Assembly (NCBI GenBank): GCA_963823665.1
Contig: CAWGMQ010000006.1
Location: 96,001 to 160,000, forward strand
Reading direction: 5' to 3'
DNA length: 64,000 nt
Origin: an uncultured Planctomycetota bacterium
Lineage (GTDB): Bacteria > Planctomycetota > Planctomycetia > Isosphaerales > Isosphaeraceae
The notes under the pieces are model-generated. The model saw only the letters and a list, made by a program, of their open reading frames with translations, was not told where the DNA came from and searched no databases. The number at the start of each line of letters is the position of its first letter. Position 1 is the first letter of the stretch. This document shows positions 32,195-41,830 of the stretch, piece by piece. A program made the translations under genes and the position numbers.

Positions 32195-33391
32195 TTATTT
32201 GGCGCTGACTGGTCTTGAGGTGGGCACGAGTGCGGGGCCCGGAGGCCAGCTCACCCGAGTCATTTGTACGCCACGGAGTTTCCAAAGTCCACTCACTTCG
32301 TGAAATGTGGCCGTGCATGTACTTTTCACCTGTTCAGACTCAAAATTAAGATCGATCATCGCTTTATCGCGGTTTTTGTTAAACTCAGGCGCCGTGTTTC
32401 CTTTCCATTCCATATCAGATTTGAGTGCTATTACGACCCGTTTGCTCAGCTCCACGAGATTGCGGTCCACCAAAGGCCCTGGCTTCGATTTGACGTAGGT
32501 GATCGCCTCGGAGGTGAACGAAGCAAGTTCCTCGTCGGTCGGCCGCAGTTCCTGAAGAATCTGCTGGCTTCTGGGTGAAGCGATGAGCATTAGCGTCTGA
32601 ATCGCACTCCCCGCGATCTCACTGTTGTCATCTGGGTCATAATCTCCTGAGGCACACTTCTTGAGAAACGACCACTCGCGTTCTGTTCCCGGCTCGAGCA
32701 TTGCAGCGACAAGTTCGCTAGCCCAAAGATCGTCCAGGATTTTCTTTTTGGGGGTGGGCATCTGTTCGGTGATCCACGCGAGATCTTCAGGTAAACCGAG
32801 AAAGGCCAGCAGGCGAATCGCCTCAGTTTGAATAGCTGGGTCATGGACAAGATCACGAAGGACAGGCCGGAATGTGTGATCCAGCTTGAACAGTGCTCGA
32901 GCCAGGCTGCCGCCCTTCAGAACGCCAGCCATCAGTTCCTTGAGCTCGCGCGCTCGCTCCTTCTCATCGAGTGCCGCGATCCGAGTCACGTCGCTTTCGC
33001 GGAACACTCGTTTGAGGATGTACTCTGGTTGAAAGGGACCGACGCGGGCCACTTGCTCGAAATCGTTCGGGAAGAATGGGAGCACCGGGAGGACGTCAAC
33101 GTAGCCTTCCTTGCTGAGCTCGAGGGTGATACTTCCGTCACCAGGGACCGCGGGGTGTTCAAAACTCCCTCGGACCACGCCGTTTTCGTCCGAACGCAAG
33201 GTGACGAGCTTTACCTCTCGGCCGGTTGTAAAATCTGCTCGGCGCTCACTCCACTTGATCTCTGCAACCACGTCGGAGAGAGGTCGTCCCAAGCCGTCAA
33301 CAATTCTGGTCGAGACGTCTTCACCGGAAAGCGTCGTCAGGCAGATGGTCGAGAGAATCAGGTGTGTAATCGGATGAAGAGTTATATTCAT
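32195..33391 (-). CDS. Secreted hypothetical protein (carboxypeptidase-regulatory-like N-terminus plus helical domain)
   Basis: GAAGGAGG RBS, signal-like N-terminus, RIVDGLGRPLSDV..SDENG motif. Confidence 0.75.
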   Translation of the reverse strand: MNITLHPITHLILSTICLTTLSGEDVSTRIVDGLGRPLSDVVAEIKWSERRADFTTGREVKLVTLRSDENGVVRGSFEHPAVPGDGSITLELSKEGYVDVLPVLPFFPNDFEQVARVGPFQPEYILKRVFRESDVTRIAALDEKERARELKELMAGVLKGGSLARALFKLDHTFRPVLRDLVHDPAIQTEAIRLLAFLGLPEDLAWITEQMPTPKKKILDDLWASELVAAMLEPGTEREWSFLKKCASGDYDPDDNSEIAGSAIQTLMLIASPRSQQILQELRPTDEELASFTSEAITYVKSKPGPLVDRNLVELSKRVVIALKSDMEWKGNTAPEFNKNRDKAMIDLNFESEQVKSTCTATFHEVSGLWKLRGVQMTRVSWPPGPALVPTSRPVSAK

Positions 33392-34016
33392 CTGAAGAGA
33401 CCTCCTTCGAGTAGTCGGTGTTTATTCTCGGCTCTCTTCCCATGCTCGGTGTGTCGGACGGCGGGCCATTACCGAGCGTTGCCGCGGAGACGACGATTGC
33501 GTCCGTGAAGTCGCCAAGAATAATCGTTTTGGCTCATTGGGCAATGCGAATCTGAGGGTCGGTTACATCAGGCGGTACCAGTTTGTCGAGCGGTTCAGCA
33601 CCGCTCTGCAAGGGATTACCGGGTCTATCTGGTGTTAATCGCACGAACAAGCGCGCCGGCCACTGGGACAGGAGGCGTTTCTGGCGACGCTTGAAGAGAA
33701 CTTTGGTAGAATCGTGAGGGAGCAAGAATTCGCAGGAAGCGACGGCGGAAGAATTGGGGATGGTGTCCGCGGAGCAAGACTGAACGGCGGTGCGGTGATT
33801 CACTTCTCCGCCAAACGACGTGTAAGCAAATGCCGACAACTTCGTTCGCCTGGGGTTCCGGTTGCGGATGTTTGTCGAGAGGATGCTGTACGCTGAGGTG
33901 TGCTGTAGAATGAATCAATACGTGCTGAAGATGGAAGGTTTGTACAGACGTCGGCGTACAGACCACGATTGATGTGCTCCGGGGAGCGGACTTTTCACAA
34001 GCACGAGAGTGAGCTC

Positions 34017-34349
34017 ATGGATCTCAAGACCACGGTCGTCTGTGGCATCCTCAAGAACGACGGCACGCTGGAACTCGACGAGAAACCCCAGCTTGCCCCT
34101 GGCCGGGTTCAGGTTACGATTCATGCGATTCCTGAGCCGGGCATCGCGGCCGGGCGCCGGACCATTCTCGAGGTGCTGGACGAGATCCAGGCGGCGCAGG
34201 AGGCGAGAGGTTATCGCGGTCGTTCGGTCGAGGAGATGAAGGCAGATGAGGCAGAGCGGGGAGCGGAGGACGAAGAGTACGAAGACCGCTGGCGCAAGCT
34301 CTGGCGCCAGACTTCGCCAAACAACCCGCCAGGCGAGTTGGCGGGCTGA
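34017..34349 (+). CDS. Putative antitoxin
   Basis: MDLKTTVVCGILKNDGTLELDEKPQLAPGRVQV..; directly upstream of a PIN-toxin C-terminal remnant. Confidence 0.65.
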   Translation: MDLKTTVVCGILKNDGTLELDEKPQLAPGRVQVTIHAIPEPGIAAGRRTILEVLDEIQAAQEARGYRGRSVEEMKADEAERGAEDEEYEDRWRKLWRQTSPNNPPGELAG

Positions 34350-34446
34350 TTGTGCAGCAGCAGTCGGTCACGGCTTTGATCGGTTTCTCACAAATGATTT
34401 TGCGCTTAGACGCTTTCCCGATATCACGGTCGAGGTCTTGACGTGA
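34350..34446 (+). pseudogene. C-terminal remnant of a VapC/PIN-domain toxin
   Basis: CAAAVGHGFDRFLTNDFALRRFPDITVEVLT* matches the VapC C-terminal A.A....FLTND motif; the N-terminal part is missing. Confidence 0.6.
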
Positions 34447-34813
34447 GCGGAAGTCACAGCACAGAGTCAACGGTGCGGTCGTAACAGTCGTCTGAGTAGG
34501 CAGCTTCGGCTTCCCAGTGCGGCGGCGGGCACCATATCCGTTCCGGCGGTTCTTGGCGAGTGGAGTTCAAGTGGAGCGCCTTGGAAATCCAACTGTTTCG
34601 TTACTCGCGAACAGGGCGAATGTGTCTTCGATGGAAGGTCAGCCCGATCTCCGGGCGCCAGCACCTTGCGATCAATGATCGTGTGATGTGCCCAGAACCC
34701 TCGCGGCCCAACGCCATCTGGAAATTATCCCCTTTCTTTTCGAGTCCCGTCGTTCGACAATCAGGCTACGGCGTTGGTGGTAGGTATCCAGAGGATTCTT
34801 GGGGGTCGATCCA

Positions 34814-35316
34814 ATGAAGTTGCGCCGCGCACGGCATTCTGGTTGGTTTCGGGCTTGCTCATCGTGACCGTGGTGGCGGCCGGTTCAGGGCTGGTTGTGG
34901 CTCAGCCCAAGAGTGAGACTAAAACACCGGCCATCGAGACGGGCGAGGCAAACTTTGAATCACTGGGTGAACATAAGATTGTCAATATAAACACTATCGC
35001 TTACACAAGCGATGAGGGGGGAGTGTTCGATATTTTCTTTGCATGCTCATCTACCAGAGGAGAGGACCCTTTACGGTTAACCGATGAAAAAGATATAACA
35101 AAGGCGAGATCATACTTTAACGATGAGAAACGATATGGAAGACATTTTGTAAGAATCAACAAGCACCGTATCAAGGTGCGAAATATTGCATTCATCGAAT
35201 CCAATGATGATTCAATCGTTCTCTATTTCAATGCTCGAATATCGGATGCGTTTGTGCAGTTGAGGTTTTCTGGGGCGGATGCGGAGAGTTTCAGGAAGAA
35301 AATGCGAGAGTTTTAA
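34814..35316 (+). CDS. Low-GC exported hypothetical protein with internal duplication (likely frameshift near start)
   Basis: ATG34814 is out of frame with ORF 34774..35316. Signal-like TM. Lines 35041 and 35101 have 26/60 and 21/60 G+C. Confidence 0.6.
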
Positions 35317-35342
35317 AGTTGGATCGGACAGGATCAAGCGGA

Positions 35343-35445
35343 GTGCCGGCCGCACGGGGAACGTCGTGCTCGTATCGCCCGCCGGGGCGAGTGAGTGTTA
35401 TTGGTCTCGGGTTTGAACAGAAGGGAACGAAGTTAACGAAGAAGA
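35343..35445 (+). repeat. ~100-bp dispersed direct repeat, copy 1 (contains the purine-rich 29-mer)
   Basis: 35399-35445 matches 41162-41208 with 2 mismatches in 47 nt; weaker similarity back to GTGCCGGCC. Confidence 0.8.
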
Positions 35446-36136
35446 GGGAAAGTAATCGGATTGCGGGCGAGCCGGGTTTGAGTGCTTGGCGGGTGAATCT
35501 GGAGCTGTGGGCCGTTGCTGTATTCAGTTGATTCGTTGCGACGCTCGAGGATGAGTTGGGGATAATTCGGAGGGAGTTCAGCTCCTTGGATCGGCCACAA
35601 TCCATGTTTCATTCCTGGCGTTGGGTGGAACGTCGACCGTGAGTCGCCCGCAGTCGAATTCGCGCACCTTCGAGTTACGCTGGTGGCGGTCGCCTTCTCC
35701 GACGCGCAGGTCGATTCCGACTGAGAGCTGCACCCTCTCGGCCTTCGACGGGTGTGCCACCAAGTAGAGCCGGTTACTCAAGTCGACGTGTCCCACGAGC
35801 TGCTCGCCGGGTGCCAGCTTTCTCCATTGCGCCGGGGCCGGATCTTCCACGGGCAGCCCCACGACCAGGAACGGCCTTTCCACATTGACCTCCACAGCAT
35901 GCATGAAGGTCCAGGGGAGCCACTATTCGTCGACCCAAATTGCCTGGTTGCTGCTGTTCCGAATCGTGATATTCAGCGGAATCGTCATCCCGAATGTCGC
36001 ACCCCCGCGCGGGCGCTTGACCTCGATTGATATTGGAAACGACGGCTTGTAGTCGGCCGCGTTCTGTTTTTCCACAACCGACATCCGGAGCTGCTCGACG
36101 GGTGAATTCCGGGTCGCCGTAATGGGACCTTGATCG

Positions 36137-37812
36137 CTTAGTTCAGGTTTCGCACATTTCGCAGGCATTGGCCGCGTATACGTTGATGCGTGATTCGGCC
36201 GCGTCGCGACCTGTTCCGCGCCGGAAGGCGAGAGCCGCGTCGCGACAATTGATGTCGGCTTCCTTGCACACGTATGGCATCCTGTCTGGGGCTTACAAAC
36301 CAAATAGGCACCCAGGCAAGGAAGCCGACCAATGGAACTTACCGCTTCGTTCACTGAGCTGCTACATCAATTCGCCGATGTCTTCACGACCCCAACCTTC
36401 CTGACCTTCGTTGAAATCGTCACGGGTTGGTTGCTTTCGCACCGTCATCGTTACGTGACCGAGCTCATCTTTGCCAGCGGTAACATTGGCAACGGCCATT
36501 GGTGTCGGTTCCATCGCTTCTTCAGTCATGCCGCGTGGGACCCCGATCACTTCGCCTTGTGCTTGGCCAAACTGGTCGGCTCAATCCTGGCGCCTGGTGC
36601 TACCCTGTATTGGGCCGTCGATGACACGCTCTGCCGTAAACGAGGATTGACTCTCTACGGCGCGGGCATGCACTACGATCCGCTGATCTCCAGTCGCGCC
36701 AAGTCGCTGGTCAGTTGGGGCCACGACTGGGTCGTGCTTTGCCTGATCGTCGTGAACCCGTTTTGGGCACCCACCAAGGTCTTCGCCTTGCCAATCACCA
36801 TGCGTCTGTACCGCAATCGGCAAGGACTCACCAAGGGGAAGAAGGGTCGGGGTAAAGGTTGCAAACCCAATCCTGATCATCGCACTCGCCCTGAACTGGC
36901 TCGCGAGCTCATCCACTTGGTAGCTCAGTGGTATCCTGACGATGAGATCTTTCTTACCGGCGACAGCGCCTATGGGGGCAAGAGCATCCTGTCGCATCTG
37001 CCGACGAACGTTCATCTCATCAGCCATGTCCATCCCAAGGGTGCGCTTTACGAGCGTGCCCCCGTCGAGAAGAAAGGACGCAAAGGAGCGCCTCGAAAAA
37101 AAGGTGCCCGTCTGCCGAGCATGGCCCAGTGGGCCAATGATCCCAGCCAACCTTGGACTGAACTTAAATTCAACCAGTTCGGGTTGCATGCCAGGCTCGC
37201 CGTCAAAACGATCAAGGCCCTCTACTACAAGGCAGGTGGAGACCGCGAGCTGACGATCGTCTTGGTACATGATCTGGAAGGGAAACGCCCCGATCAGATG
37301 TTCTACTGCACCAAGCTTGATTGGAGCGCGCGGCAAATTCTGACGGTGTACTCCTATCGCTGGGCGATTGAATGCACCTTCGAGAATTGCAAACAGTTCC
37401 TGGGGCTCGAAGACCCAGCGAATCGTCTGCCGAAGGCGGTCGGGCGTACCGCGCCCATGGCGCTGATGCTCTACAGCTTGGTGATAGTGTGGTTCCACCA
37501 GACCGGACATCGATTCGTCCGATTTCCCATCCGCCCGTGGTATCAACGGAAGCAAGAACCCTCGTTTGCTGATCTATTGACCACACTGCGCCGTGTTAGC
37601 CTTGAAGAAAAAACTCGCGCAGTGCTTTTAGATCAGCGCACTATAAAAACCTGGCTTGCGCAGGTCACCGATCTTCTCAGCCGAGTGGCGTGATCGGCGT
37701 CGACCAGGCTAACTGAAGCTGCACCCGCTCCGTCGCGAGCAACCGAGTGACACGAAAATGCCGGCTCGGCCGATCGCAAAGCGCCTTCAGAATGTGCGAA
37801 ACCTGAACTTAG
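36137..37812 (+). mobile_element. IS701-family insertion sequence
   Basis: Terminal inverted repeats AGTTCAGGTTTCGCACATT (36140-36158) and AATGTGCGAAACCTGAACT (37791-37809); CTTAG at both ends (36137-41, 37808-12). Confidence 0.9.
36332..37693 (+). CDS. IS701-family DDE transposase
   Basis: AVDDTLCRKRG, WGHDWVV, GDSAYG and YSYRWAIECTF motifs. Confidence 0.9.
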   Translation: MELTASFTELLHQFADVFTTPTFLTFVEIVTGWLLSHRHRYVTELIFASGNIGNGHWCRFHRFFSHAAWDPDHFALCLAKLVGSILAPGATLYWAVDDTLCRKRGLTLYGAGMHYDPLISSRAKSLVSWGHDWVVLCLIVVNPFWAPTKVFALPITMRLYRNRQGLTKGKKGRGKGCKPNPDHRTRPELARELIHLVAQWYPDDEIFLTGDSAYGGKSILSHLPTNVHLISHVHPKGALYERAPVEKKGRKGAPRKKGARLPSMAQWANDPSQPWTELKFNQFGLHARLAVKTIKALYYKAGGDRELTIVLVHDLEGKRPDQMFYCTKLDWSARQILTVYSYRWAIECTFENCKQFLGLEDPANRLPKAVGRTAPMALMLYSLVIVWFHQTGHRFVRFPIRPWYQRKQEPSFADLLTTLRRVSLEEKTRAVLLDQRTIKTWLAQVTDLLSRVA

Positions 37813-37950
37813 GGTTCTACCGCAAACTGTCGCGAAGCATAACGTGGTCACAAGCATAGCGCAGCTTTCTTGCTCGCATTCGCGAGCCTTCCATGTTTGC
37901 GGTCGACCGTCTGTCTCCTGCCGCCCCCACTGATCGGTCCGAGATTCGCA

Positions 37951-38568
37951 TCACTTCACGCGAACGCATCGCTCTCGGCTGGTCTCAGGGAACAGCGTTT
38001 CGCCGCCTGTGCTCTTCAAGTGTTTGATCAACGCCGCCCGCATCTCAGCGGGTGTGCGCTTACCGTCGACCACCGCTGCGTAGGCTTTGTCACCTAAGTT
38101 TACCCCCCGCCACAGATCGAGGTGACCGTCGTTCAGGCGGTACTTCTCGACTGTAGCCCACTCGGTCATTGCGTCATTGGTCTCGACGCGATGGATCCAT
38201 TCCTTGTAACTATCTGGCGCACCGAGATCTTCGGACCGCAAAACGTTCAGGTAAGTGAAGTCCCCAAGGGTGGTCGTTGAGCAGTAGGCCGTTGACTCGT
38301 CGGTGTGATCCTTGTCTCTGTCGCGGTGCGAACTGAAAACGAGCTTGAGCAACACTGGATTGCCTTTGGCCTGGCTTTTTTCGATGAAAAGATACTGAGC
38401 CGGATCGGATTCGCCAGTCTCGAACCGCCAAACACCGCAAAGCTTCTCGTCAACAGGCGAAACGTAGGGATCTGAAAGCGGCTTGCCGTCCGGGATCAAG
38501 ATACACCCTGAGGCCGACAGCAGTGCTATGATTAGCGACGTGGTTTTGAAGTTCGCGACCAAAGCCAT
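37951..38568 (-). CDS. Putative lipoprotein
   Basis: MALVANFKTTSLIIALLSASGC leader followed by PLSDP..DEKLCGVW. Confidence 0.65.
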   Translation of the reverse strand: MALVANFKTTSLIIALLSASGCILIPDGKPLSDPYVSPVDEKLCGVWRFETGESDPAQYLFIEKSQAKGNPVLLKLVFSSHRDRDKDHTDESTAYCSTTTLGDFTYLNVLRSEDLGAPDSYKEWIHRVETNDAMTEWATVEKYRLNDGHLDLWRGVNLGDKAYAAVVDGKRTPAEMRAALIKHLKSTGGETLFPETSRERCVRVK

Positions 38569-38847
38569 TCGTGACCTCGCCGTCGGGGAAAGGGCCATCG
38601 CTCGAGTGTGAGCGTGCCTCGGTGGCAAATTCGGGCGGGAGTTTTCAATCGAGTCGCTGATACTCGTTTTGCTCGAACCAGTCAATGTGAAGGTGTCACG
38701 CGTTGCAGTGTTCAAGGTCTTACTCGACGATCCTTTTTCAGTGCCGCGCAACGGGATTCGCAGAATTTCTGAAAAATCCGGACACGCCGGACCTTCCCGT
38801 GACATTACCATCATGAAAGGGGACACACAGGGCGGGACGGGTTTCAC

Positions 38848-40964
38848 ATGGCCAAGACAAAGCACGGCATCGCCCTCCGGCACCTCGACACTCTGTTAAT
38901 CGTTGGTGCGGCCGGCGGACTGACGGACGCGCAGCTACTCGCGCTGTTTGCCACCGGGCGGGACGAGACCGCTGAGCTGGCATTCACGGTCCTGGTTGAT
39001 CGCCACGGACCGATGGTGCTCCGCGTCTGCCAGGTGGTGCTCCGCGACACTCACGACGCCCAGGATGCTTTTCAAGCTACCTTTTTGGTCCTGGTCGAAA
39101 AGGCTCGGGGACTGTGGGTGCGAGAGTCCCTTGGACCCTGGCTCCATCAGGTCGCCCACCGGATCGCGTCTGGTGTGAGGCTGGCCAAGGCCCGAAGACG
39201 TCGACACGAGAAGCACGCCGCCGCGTTGTCGGCTGATCTTGCTGCCGCTTCGAATCCGGATGACCTGGGGGAGGTTCTCCAGCGGGAGGTGAGCCGCTTG
39301 CCGGAGCGGTACCGCGCGGCAGTCGTGCTCTGCCTGCTTGAGGGCCTGACGCCGGAGCAAGCGGCTCGGCAATTAGGTTGGCCGGCCGGCACGGTGCATA
39401 GCCGGCTGGCGCGGGGCGCGAGCGGCTGCGGGGCCGGCTGACCCGGCAGGGCCTGGCCCGCGGGATCGTGGGGCTGGGTTTGCTACGGGCCGCCGAGCCG
39501 TCGGCGACAGTGCCGCCTGCGCTCGTCGCTGCGACGGGACGCGCCGCTTCGCGTGTCATCGCGGGGGAAATGATGGACGCAATCGTCTCCAACTCGGTCG
39601 CCGCACTCACAAAAGGAGCACTGAGAACCAAGATGATGACCAAGCTCATGACCGCGGGAGCGGCTATGCTGGCGGTCGGCGTTGCCTTTACCGGCGCGGG
39701 GACGCTGGGATACATAGGGCCGGGGCGGGACGATGCCTCCTCGCCCCCGGGCGGGCAGAAAGTACAAGGTGAGCGCTCGCCGAAATCAGCCGCTTTCAAC
39801 GCTCGGGCCCAAGAAGCGCCCGGGGATGGCGGGAAGAGCGACATCATTCAAGCCAAGCGATCTCCGCGAGTCGAGAAGGGGACCAAAGAAGCGCTTGTGC
39901 TGAAAGACCAGGCCCTATACCTGGCCATTTCTCCTAATGGCAAGACGCTTGCCGCCAGTTGCAGCGATGGCACGGTCCAGTTACTCGATGCACGCACCGG
40001 TGAAAAACGAGTCGCCCTGGCCGGCAGCATTCGTGGTTATATTCGTGCGTTAGCATTCACCCCTGACGGCAAGACCATCGCGGGTGCGGGAGACGAGAAT
40101 CAGTTGCGGCTCTGGGACGCGGCCTCGGGTCGATTGATGAAGGCGCTCCCCGCGCTCGGAAATCTCGAGCACGCCACCTTAAAGCCCGGTGCTAACTCGC
40201 TGGCGATCTCACCAGACGGCAGCCTGATCGCTGTCGGCGGTGCCGGATGCACGGACCATACCAATATGAATGGCACGAGCTTCTTCGACGTCCGGGTCCT
40301 GGACGCAAAGACTGGCGAGCTCGTGTGGTCGCACTTCGGCCGGCGGGGATACATGGAGCAGCTCGCCTTCTCGCCGGACGGCCACACGTTGGCCAGCGCG
40401 ACACACGGTGAAATCCGACTCTGGGATTCAAGGGGCGGTGACCTGAAGCAGACCCTGAAGCCCGTTGTGAGCTCCGGGACGATCCGGACGCTGGCATTCT
40501 CGCCCGACAACAAGTTGCTGGCTGGGTATGGGAACGCTCAAGTCCCGGGAGGGCGCGGGTGCCTTCTGACGCTCTGGGACGTGCGCACGGGCGCGATCGT
40601 CCGTTCGATCGATGCGGGTCCAGCGGCTGGCGTGACCAGTCCCGGGACGCTTGCGTTCTCACCCGACAGCAAGACGGTGGCGAGTGGCGGGCACGGGATC
40701 AAGGAAGGGCTGATCTCGATTGGCGGCGGGCCTATCGCCCGCGGCGCGAAGGTGATCAACTACGTCAAGCTGTGGAATGCCGCCACGGGAGCCCTGTTGT
40801 GGACCTCGGTCGAGGGTGACCTTGGGCTGGTGATGTCAATCGTGTTCTCACCGGATGGGACGTCGATTTACTGTTGCGACTCGTCGGCCACGACTCGCAT
40901 CGACGCACGGACCGGGCAGACCCGGCATGACTTGATGAAAGCGACCGACGGCCCGCCCAGGTAA
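38848..40964 (+). CDS. ECF sigma factor fused to TM and WD40 repeats (frameshift ~39417)
   Basis: RHGPMVLRVC, DAFQATFLVL and GTVHSRLARG sigma 2/4 motifs, then AFSPDG..RLWD WD40 repeats in ORF 39468..40964. Confidence 0.9.
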
Positions 40965-41106
40965 GTTGGCACTCCGGCGGGCTTGGATTTGCGGTCTACG
41001 CTCCGCACATCCCGGAGGGAGAGGGAGCGTTTGGTCATCACGTCGGATTCCCGAGCTCGGAGTTTCGAGCTCGAGTCGTCTCGAAATGAGATGCGGGCTC
41101 AGAAGT

Positions 41107-41208
41107 GTGCCGGCCTTACGCCGCTCGTGGTGCTGCTTTCTTCCTGGGGGCGAATGATTTGTATTGGTCTCGGATTTGAGCAGAAGGGAACGAAGTTAAC
41201 GAAGAAGA
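41107..41208 (+). repeat. ~100-bp dispersed direct repeat, copy 2
   Basis: See 35343-35445. Confidence 0.8.
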
Positions 41209-41830
41209 AATTGCTGGCAGGCAGCCGTGCTGGTTCCCGGCGGGGTGTGGCTGACGGGAGGGTCGGCCGTATCGAGGCGCTCTTGGGGCGTGGGTTGTCG
41301 GGGGCGGCGCATCTGCGCTCGGGCTGCGCAGACTGGTAGAGAATGGCCAGGTGGCCGGGCAGCAGGCCAGTCGGGCTGCAGAGCACATCCGCGTGCCAAA
41401 GCGCGCAGAAAAAGGTGGATCTGCGCGTTACGACTGGTGTCATTCGTTAAATTGAGATTGCTCATCCCGTAATGTCTGCATAGTTAACGCATTTTGTCTT
41501 GCCGATTGCTGGCGGGCATGGTAAAGTTGCGCTCTGAGAGGGAGGGAGTGCGCTTCCGCATGCAAGCCGCGGCCGTCCTCTTGGCGACGAAAGGGTTCAC
41601 TGGTGAACCCACGGAGCGAGCCTCATCGATCGCCGGCCGAGGCGAGCAACTTGAATGGCCGCTCTTGATCGCAACGGTTCTTTTTAACACATCAAAGATA
41701 CATATCGTGCTTCATTGCCGCGTTCAATCAGGTAACTCTTTTACACTTCTTCAGTTACGCGTCGCCATTATTCGGGTCGCGGGGAGTGTCTCCATGCGGT
41801 TCCTCGAGAACGAGGAAGACCCTTCGCGGA

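Larger units (their letters stand above)
35578..37857 (-). pseudogene. Exported hypothetical protein split by the IS701-family element, plus an in-frame TAG at 35923-35925
   Basis: Removing the IS and one CTTAG joins MLVTTLCFATVCGRTL to SDQGPITATRNSPVEQLRMSVV.. in frame. After WVDE* the same frame continues WLPWTFMHAVEV.. to 35578. Confidence 0.7.

Noticed and set aside
26493..33391. Bona fide integron
   Set aside because: No IntI, and only one imperfect attC-like hairpin.
33640..33730. Possible REP-associated transposase C-terminal remnant (LGQEAFLATLEENFGRIVR)
   Set aside because: Too short and lacks the HUH motif; the similarity is from memory only.
6003..41208. CRISPR array made of the 29-nt repeat
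   Set aside because: Copies are kilobases apart, with no regular spacers and no cas genes.
41210..41830. Short ORFs between the ECF gene and the IS1182 element
   Set aside because: No recognisable motifs or clear RBS; treated as non-coding.
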